Shown: piece by piece, positions 59,901-64,000 of the stretch
Position numbering within the stretch: position 1 is the stretch's first letter
Layout: the number at the start of each line of letters is the position of its first letter
NCBI GenBank assembly: GCA_009786075.1
Contig: WQTX01000006.1
Location: 99 to 64,098, forward strand
Origin: Bacteroidota bacterium
GTDB lineage: Bacteria; Bacteroidota; Bacteroidia; Bacteroidales; UBA1715
Direction of reading: 5' to 3'
Length of the DNA stretch: 64,000 nucleotides
Notes under the pieces: model-generated
What the model saw: only the letters and a program-made list of their open reading frames with translations
Databases searched by the model: none
What the model was told of the DNA's origin: nothing
Made by a program: the position numbers and the translations under genes

Positions 59901-60976
59901 AAGCCACAGCGCAATACAGCTACACGTTCACAGGTTGGTCGCCTGCAATTACAGCAGCCACCGCCGCGCGCACCTACACGGCACAATTCAGTCAAACACT
60001 CCGTTCGTACGATGTAATTTTCAACAGCAACGGCGGCAGCAACGTAGCAAAACAAACCGTAACCTACGGAAACAAAGCCACCACCCCAACTGCTCCTACA
60101 AAAGCCGACAGCACATTCGTAGCTTGGTATTCCAACAAAGAACTAACCACAGCGTTTAATTTCACAACCACAATCACAGGCGAAATTACGCTTTACGCCA
60201 AATGGGAGTGCGCCCACGATTTTAGCGTTCCCAACATGACGCTTGCCGCCACTTGTACCCTAAAAGGCGCAGGCTATTACACCTGTTCTTTCTGTGGAGC
60301 CACCGGCAGTAATTACGAAATTCCGGCAACGGGACACTCGTTTGGCGCATGGGCTATAACCACAGCAACTACCTGCCAAGCCAAAGGCACAGAAACAAGA
60401 ACATGCAGCACATGCGGCGCAACCGAAACACGCGACATTCCACAATTGGCGCACACATTCGGCAATTGGGCTGTAACCACCGCCGCCACTTGCTCGGCAG
60501 CAGGCGAAGAAACACGCACCTGCTCAATTTGCAGCAAAGTTGAAACGCGCCCGATTGCACAATTGCCACACACTTTCGGCAATTGGACTGTAACCACTGC
60601 CGCCACTTGCGAAGCAAAAGGCACGGAAACAAGAACATGCAGCCAATGCAGCGCAACCGAAACCCAAGATATTCCCCAATTAACCGAAGGTTGCTGCGTG
60701 GGAATTGACGAAATTTCGGCAAACGAAATTATTGTGTACCCAAATCCTACGAAAGGGCAATTGACGATTTCGGGCGTAGAGACGCAATGCATTGCGTCTC
60801 TACCACAAACCGTAGAAATTTACGATAACACCGGTCGATTGGTGGAAACGTTGCAGGAGACGCGGCACGCCACGTCTCTACATGGAAACGGATTAACAAT
60901 CGACATTTCCCACCTGCCAACCGGCATTTATTTCATACAAATAAACGGCAAACGGGTGAAGGTTGTGAAAAAATAG
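53981..60976 (+). CDS. 2331-aa T9SS surface protein with GLUG-type beta-solenoids, InlB B (Listeria-Bacteroides) repeats, Cys-rich repeats and type A CTD
   Basis: Signal peptide; three PYLI/F.G.F.G.G.TI + GG(L/F)VG..NCY modules; about eight F.SNGGS...P...GY.F.GWY...TLYAKW repeats; H.FG.W...ATC...G...TCS.C repeats; VYPNP...IYD..GR...GIYFI...K CTD. Confidence 0.9.
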   Translation: MKPKKLLTIALFALLAATQAWAQPIWNGTTATNWTGSGNSEADPYLITTAEQLAGLAAQTKAGNTFKGKFIKLANDIWLNAPNTPRDDRNEWQPIGDFEYVDAGVKNEKGELEYVVGTMFSGTFDGGGHTIYGVSNNDSIPDNSDWYDWGNWYFGATLNFEGFCSGFFGRINSDATIQNLNLKDVNITGCYDVAGLVATNNGTIRNCSVVGGVVTTSTDGSAGDGIAGINNGTIDNCFADVETIGWRVSGFVGNNEENGTITNSSAAGNAFNWSEKSNIISGFVCVNAGFINNCYSTGNVTNNAGNTNAVGAGFVGVNQETAIITNSYSTGNVSGAMDGVYSFGGGFVAENRGYIANCYALGDVSANCRGFAWTNSHYTTDWSLTGNTNATIINCFYAGNSLTMNGFTNRSGILINNYFDVKKSGFDVEDGGEPRTTEYMQSQAFVDTLNMFSALFGLNTWVHTPGEYPKPSGTVATNLSDYLKGGAGTESNPYLIETKEQLSNFATYVNKGHWFNDEYIQMTADIAWSNTPREEWGANPPPSFKPIGHRFTKAYTGTSSISVVSKPFCGTFNGSGHTISNLRINSNTDNQGLFGYVHYGVIKNLNIEGAYVRGNLNVGILAGMVDQGTIDNCHSTGEVLGAVLPSSTPIGGLVGAFDVSQLRLFAPKENFQHTIKNCYSTAEVKNVTSGAIAGGGLLGGASATASIENCYAMGGLHLIGISQAYQKNTYTTTTTKPTNFYSDRFSNVFYQSNDAPIDKEERKPRTKEYMQSKSFVNELNYPAAVNNATEEWKYLYWQYNENDYPTFTAILPPTVTVTFVSNGGSEVVAQPVLAGSHPIAPPAPTLNGFTLAGWYTDEALENLFTFGTDVIDNNITLYAKWAPNFAPDITWYTENTHLNEFTIYTVEQLAGLAALVNGTTSWGVFDFKGKTVNLGNDIAINDTTNWQQWGINLTAQSWTPIGVNYMQGFEGTFNGKGYTVSGVYINSYNGTNLGLFGSIGVNGVIKNLGVVASYVRGSTELGILAGRIDGGTITNCYAVGNVVSTKLVSSYMSDSNAGVLVGTAFNAKIDNCYAMGRVEGGRYIGGLVGNTPTTGVTTITNCYAVVAVTGKSDVGGLKGYPNATTAIPNSYYDSQISTLTTTNASAKATLSMKQIATFAGWDFNTIWGRNDNINGGYPYLRMGKTEPNDADKTVTITFNSNGGSAVSPASTVVTIGQKLSKPANPTRAGLEFAGWFSNKELTQAVDFSADITYEKDTTLYAGWLITLINTTFATEESVSNWGLKGVTWNSSTKLSFIISGATAQVMPLLPQNKTNLSVELTTVNGAYLTMQTSPDNVDYADYGKVTANNATSTATIALPDSTRYIAFTSTGTNTPRLTALKVKWILGSEDPFTTVTFDGNGGLNKSDGTPYAQQVTVVTGMPVQLPAVLPVKPGEIIEGWYFDTELTKPYSSKTEILGATTIYAKWKSGYMDVTFESNGGSAVAPKSVFMGEKVTAPANPTRAGYVFVRWCTDEGLTTAFNFTATVITEPVTLYAAWNVSYYVSINSQAEVSNWTLGDGVTYSNGQLNFTKSGAYIDLPVLPALRKGITITITGTSYNYLSVETSAIGGVGMYTNQGAFTTATKNLPDNTRYIRITATSAISIALTSIRISWLNDSENPVATVTFETNGGNAIAQRGAIKGMTYAPPAPTKTGHTFNGWYLDEALETGFSNTVIIQDDAFTLYAKWTPELRKVTFNANSGTAVAPIDTDYGTPITEPEEPTRANYIFRGWYTDNTTFLKPFDFATPITANITLYAKWEALLSVVFNTGTGGTVIPTQWVETGATVPQPEDPERAGYLFKGWVTTSGGSVEFDFANPITVSRTIYASWAILRTVTFNTGTGGSEIPTQYVENGTPAQRPEEDPTRANFVFKGWVTTSGGTTAFNFANPITANTTVYARWAAAYAISWSVNDEIVQSEFVEQGVIPTFNGETPEKEATAQYSYTFTGWSPAITAATAARTYTAQFSQTLRSYDVIFNSNGGSNVAKQTVTYGNKATTPTAPTKADSTFVAWYSNKELTTAFNFTTTITGEITLYAKWECAHDFSVPNMTLAATCTLKGAGYYTCSFCGATGSNYEIPATGHSFGAWAITTATTCQAKGTETRTCSTCGATETRDIPQLAHTFGNWAVTTAATCSAAGEETRTCSICSKVETRPIAQLPHTFGNWTVTTAATCEAKGTETRTCSQCSATETQDIPQLTEGCCVGIDEISANEIIVYPNPTKGQLTISGVETQCIASLPQTVEIYDNTGRLVETLQETRHATSLHGNGLTIDISHLPTGIYFIQINGKRVKVVKK
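60776..60881. repeat. GTAG-type REP palindromes in frame within the T9SS CTD
   Basis: Perfect 28-bp GTAGAGACGCAATGCATTGCGTCTCTAC (60776-60803) and GAGACGCGGCACGCCACGTCTCTAC (60857-60881). Confidence 0.85.
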
Positions 60977-61040
60977 AAATTATTGTATTTTCATTTTCAT
61001 GCCCTAAGAGGTTGTTTAAATTTCATAAAAAAATAGTAAA

Positions 61041-61200
61041 ACCTGATTTTTACCTGATTTTGTTACAAAACAACCTAAGTAACTAAAATGTAATTCTTCT
61101 CCTAACCTGATTACCTGATTTTTAATCAGGTAATCAGGTTTTTATGAGTGTATTTCACAGATTACTTAGGTTGTTTTTTGAGAAAAATTAGGTTTAGGTA
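61041..61200. repeat. Nested symmetric inverted-repeat structure
   Basis: 17-bp perfect arms at 61104-61140 and 16-bp perfect arms at 61067-61082/61162-61177, both centred on 61122. Confidence 0.85.
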
Positions 61201-61391
61201 TAACACAGATAATCATTTTAAATTATAATTTTCATTTGTGCAAACAGAGGGCAAACCACCAAGAAAACGCAGGCTTTTAAAAAGTTATCAATAGTTTATT
61301 ACGAATAAATTAGTGTGTTTACAAAAAAATATTGTGTATTTCTTTCACTTTTAAAAAAAACTATTGTATCATTGCAAATTAAACACACGTC

Positions 61392-62312
61392 ATGAGAAAA
61401 ATTTTTATACTTTTCTTGCTTTTTGCTGTCCCGTTTGCAACACATGCTCAGCGTATATTTAATCAACATAAATATGAGCTTGTGGGTGGTGTTGGTCCCA
61501 CGTTTTTTCTTGGTGATTTAGGGGGAGGTCCGGGTTTGGGAAGGCACTCAATATTAGATTTAGACTTTTTGTCGACTCGTATAGGCGGCTCACTTGGTAT
61601 GCGTTATCTTTTAGATAACCGTTTTTCAATCTATACAGCCCTTACTGCGGGTCTGATTAGCGGTAATGATGAATTTACCGACGAACCTTCCCGCAATCGC
61701 CGCGACCTTACTTTCCGCTCGCCGGTTTGGGACTTTACTGCTCGATTGGAATATAAAATCAATCAAGAAACCCGTGGACATATTTATTTGTTGAAAGGTG
61801 TACGCGGGCAAAAAGGGAACAAATTTATATGGCGTGTCAATGCCGGTGTGGGAGTATTTTATTTCAATCCAAAAGCAGAATTCGAAGGCAAATGGTATGA
61901 ATTGCAACCATTGGGCACCGAAGGGCAAAATTTTATGGCTACTCGTAAACCGTATTCACGAGTGCAAATGTGTATTCCGGGTGGTATAGAAGTTTCGTAT
62001 GCAGCAAGCCGTTATTGGACATGGTCGTTTGAAATTGGACCTCGGTTTACATTTACCGATTATATCGACGATGTGAGTACTTCGTATGTTAATCCCGATT
62101 TGGTGGCAGGTCATGCTCCCGATGGTTATCCGAAAGAAGCGGCTCGTTATTTTTCCAATCCAAAATATGATGAAACAGACCCCGATAGAAATAGGTGGCT
62201 CAACGAAAAACGAGGAAATTCTTTCAACAACGATATGTATATAGTATGTTTATTCAAAGTACACTACAAAATGAAAGAAACATCAACCGGCGCACCTAAA
62301 TTTACTCGATAA
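61392..62312 (+). CDS. DUF6089-type outer-membrane beta-barrel
   Basis: G..F.GDLG, R.L.FRS, LQPLGTEGQ, RFTFTDYIDDVS, RGN..ND.Y. Confidence 0.8.
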   Translation: MRKIFILFLLFAVPFATHAQRIFNQHKYELVGGVGPTFFLGDLGGGPGLGRHSILDLDFLSTRIGGSLGMRYLLDNRFSIYTALTAGLISGNDEFTDEPSRNRRDLTFRSPVWDFTARLEYKINQETRGHIYLLKGVRGQKGNKFIWRVNAGVGVFYFNPKAEFEGKWYELQPLGTEGQNFMATRKPYSRVQMCIPGGIEVSYAASRYWTWSFEIGPRFTFTDYIDDVSTSYVNPDLVAGHAPDGYPKEAARYFSNPKYDETDPDRNRWLNEKRGNSFNNDMYIVCLFKVHYKMKETSTGAPKFTR

Positions 62313-62415
62313 TCTCTTTGAATTTATTAAAAAAATACTATTTATGCACATATTTACGTTTTAAGAAAATTTAACCTTTATTTTTGCGAAAAAATAGAGA
62401 GAACACTACATAAAT

Positions 62416-63180
62416 ATGACGGTTTGCAATGTGCGTAAAAAAATAATTGTAATAGCAACTATGCTATTACTTATGCCGTGTGCTTATTCGCAATTAATTC
62501 AAAATCATGCCTTAGGCTTTATGGTGGGCACTTCGCAATATAATGGCGATGTGAATATGACAAAAGCCTACTACAAACCTTTTCTTTCGGCTACGCTTAT
62601 GTATAAATTACGTTTCAATTATCATTACGTAGCACGATTTTCGTTTACCTACGGCGAATTGCAAGGGCGGGATTTGGATTTTCCGAACAATTATCAGCAA
62701 AATCGCAAATATTCTTTTTCGCGTAACAGTATTTATGAAGGTGCGGCACTGCTGGAATTTAATTTTTTGGAATTTGCCTACGATGAAAAAAAATACAGGA
62801 AATCGAAACGGGAAAATTTTTTTAGTCCCTACGTTGTTGGAGGAATTGCACTTTTTTATGCCGACCAATCGGAATTTTACGATATATTTGCAATTCCAAT
62901 GGGATTTGGACTGAAATATAGGGCTTCACCACGTGTGGAATTCAATGTGGAGTGGACTTTCCGCAAAACATTTACCGATAATTTAGATTTGTTGAATTCA
63001 CGAATTCCTGACTATGATTTGTATAAACAAGTGTGGTTTAAAGAAACAAACGATTGGTATTCCATCTTAGGATTTTCAGTGCTTTTTGCATTTAAACAGA
63101 AACAAAATAGTTGTACATTTTACAATAAAAAACCTTATGAGCGTTTTATTAAAAAAAACAAAGGAAATAGAAAAAAATAA
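62416..63180 (+). CDS. DUF6089/PorG-like outer-membrane beta-barrel
   Basis: G.S.YNGDVN, EFNF, AIPMGFGLKY, FRKTFTDNLD, NDWYS; directly upstream of uppS. Confidence 0.82.
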   Translation: MTVCNVRKKIIVIATMLLLMPCAYSQLIQNHALGFMVGTSQYNGDVNMTKAYYKPFLSATLMYKLRFNYHYVARFSFTYGELQGRDLDFPNNYQQNRKYSFSRNSIYEGAALLEFNFLEFAYDEKKYRKSKRENFFSPYVVGGIALFYADQSEFYDIFAIPMGFGLKYRASPRVEFNVEWTFRKTFTDNLDLLNSRIPDYDLYKQVWFKETNDWYSILGFSVLFAFKQKQNSCTFYNKKPYERFIKKNKGNRKK

Positions 63181-63892
63181 CCTGCCGGCACACATAGCCA
63201 TCATAATGGACGGCAATGGACGATGGGCGAAAAAACGAGGCAACATTCGTTTGCTTGGTCATAAAAAAGGTGTTGATACGGTCAATGAAATTGTAACCGC
63301 AGCAGCGGAGCTCGGTATTCAGTATCTTACGCTCTATGCGTTTTCTACCGAAAACTGGAGCCGCCCCAAAGACGAAGTGTTTGGGTTGATGGATTTGTTG
63401 GTAACGGCATTGGAAAATAATTTAAAAAAAATACAACAAAACAATGTAGTTTTGCGTACTATTGGCGATTTAAATGCGCTTCCACCAAAAACACGAGCAA
63501 AATTGAGCGACGCCTGCGAAAACACAAAGAACAACACCGGCTTGAATTTGGTGCTGGCACTCAGTTACAGTGCGCGGTGGGAAATTACGAATATGGTAAA
63601 AAGTATAGCGCAAGATTGCATTGACGGTAAAATTTCTGTTGAAAATATAGATAATACCATAATAAATTCACATCTTTGCACTCGGGAAATTCCCGACCCC
63701 GAATTGTTGATTCGCACCAGCGGAGAATACCGGATTAGTAATTTTTTGTTGTGGCAAATAGCCTACACAGAATTATATTTTACCGAAACTCTGTGGCCCG
63801 ATTTTACAAAAGAAGAATTTTTGAACGCTATTGCTGATTTTCAGAATAGGGAACGGAGATTTGGGAAAACGGGGGAGCAAGTTAGGAATTAG
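63137..63892 (+). CDS. uppS: Undecaprenyl diphosphate synthase (isoprenyl transferase)
   Basis: HIAIIMDGNGRWA, YAFSTENW.RP, LIRTSGE.RISNFLLWQ.AY, RERRFG; start placed at ATG 63137. Confidence 0.96.
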   Translation: MSVLLKKTKEIEKNNLPAHIAIIMDGNGRWAKKRGNIRLLGHKKGVDTVNEIVTAAAELGIQYLTLYAFSTENWSRPKDEVFGLMDLLVTALENNLKKIQQNNVVLRTIGDLNALPPKTRAKLSDACENTKNNTGLNLVLALSYSARWEITNMVKSIAQDCIDGKISVENIDNTIINSHLCTREIPDPELLIRTSGEYRISNFLLWQIAYTELYFTETLWPDFTKEEFLNAIADFQNRERRFGKTGEQVRN

Positions 63893-63972
63893 GGAATAGG
63901 AGACAAGGAATTAGGAAACAAGGAGTTAAAAATTGAGAATTGAAAAATAAAATTATCACATTATAAAAAAAC

Positions 63973-63999
63973 TGGATTGCTTCGTTCCTCGCAATGACG
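63973..63999. repeat. REP-like unit, GGATTGCTTCG...GCAATGAC family
   Basis: TGGATTGCTTCGTTCCTCGCAATGACG resembles 23176-23206; lies at the window edge. Confidence 0.7.
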
Positions 64000-64000
64000 T

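Noticed and set aside
60335-60685. Regularly spaced repeats considered as a CRISPR array
   Set aside because: They are 117-nt coding repeats without unique spacers; no cas genes in the window.
61005-61023. AGAGGTTGTTTAAA and TTTTAGACAGCCTC (2481-2494) resembling IS/MITE termini
   Set aside because: No matching partner end nearby and no transposase; evidence insufficient.

Overview
AT-rich chromosomal segment of a Bacteroidota (Bacteroidales-like) genome, judged from T9SS genes, TAnnTTTG promoters and gene order. The core scaffold carries dgt, nadK, recJ, rpmH, purL, rplM-rpsI-rpsB-tsf-pyrH, radC, thrS-infC-rpmI-rplT, comM, gmhA, relA/spoT and uppS. Accessory genes include a type-B T9SS substrate/PorP/PorE-like cluster, a Fic gene, a GH5 lipoprotein, an ORF6N gene, an AbiEi/AbiEii pair and a 2331-aa T9SS surface protein. 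No rRNA, tRNA, CRISPR array, transposase, integrase or reverse transcriptase is visible. Five observations stand out. (1) An unannotated 29-codon leader ORF ends in a G9 tract, and its two slippage frames stop at staggered positions just before an intrinsic terminator upstream of the giant surface protein: a candidate phase-variable attenuator. (2) A radical SAM/SPASM operon includes a 67-aa lipopeptide and a 166-aa lipoprotein that together carry four Y-G-x-P motifs: a candidate tyramine-excising (splicease-type) lipo-RiPP system. (3) At least five families of short palindromic repeats are present, several translated in frame inside PurL, S2, a T9SS CTD, a lipoprotein signal peptide and gene C-termini. 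(4) Similar 25-27 bp palindromes sit inside the ORF6N, RhuM and Fic accessory genes. (5) A symmetric ~160 bp nested palindrome lies at the right edge of the accessory island. All family assignments come from motif recognition by eye; no searches were run.
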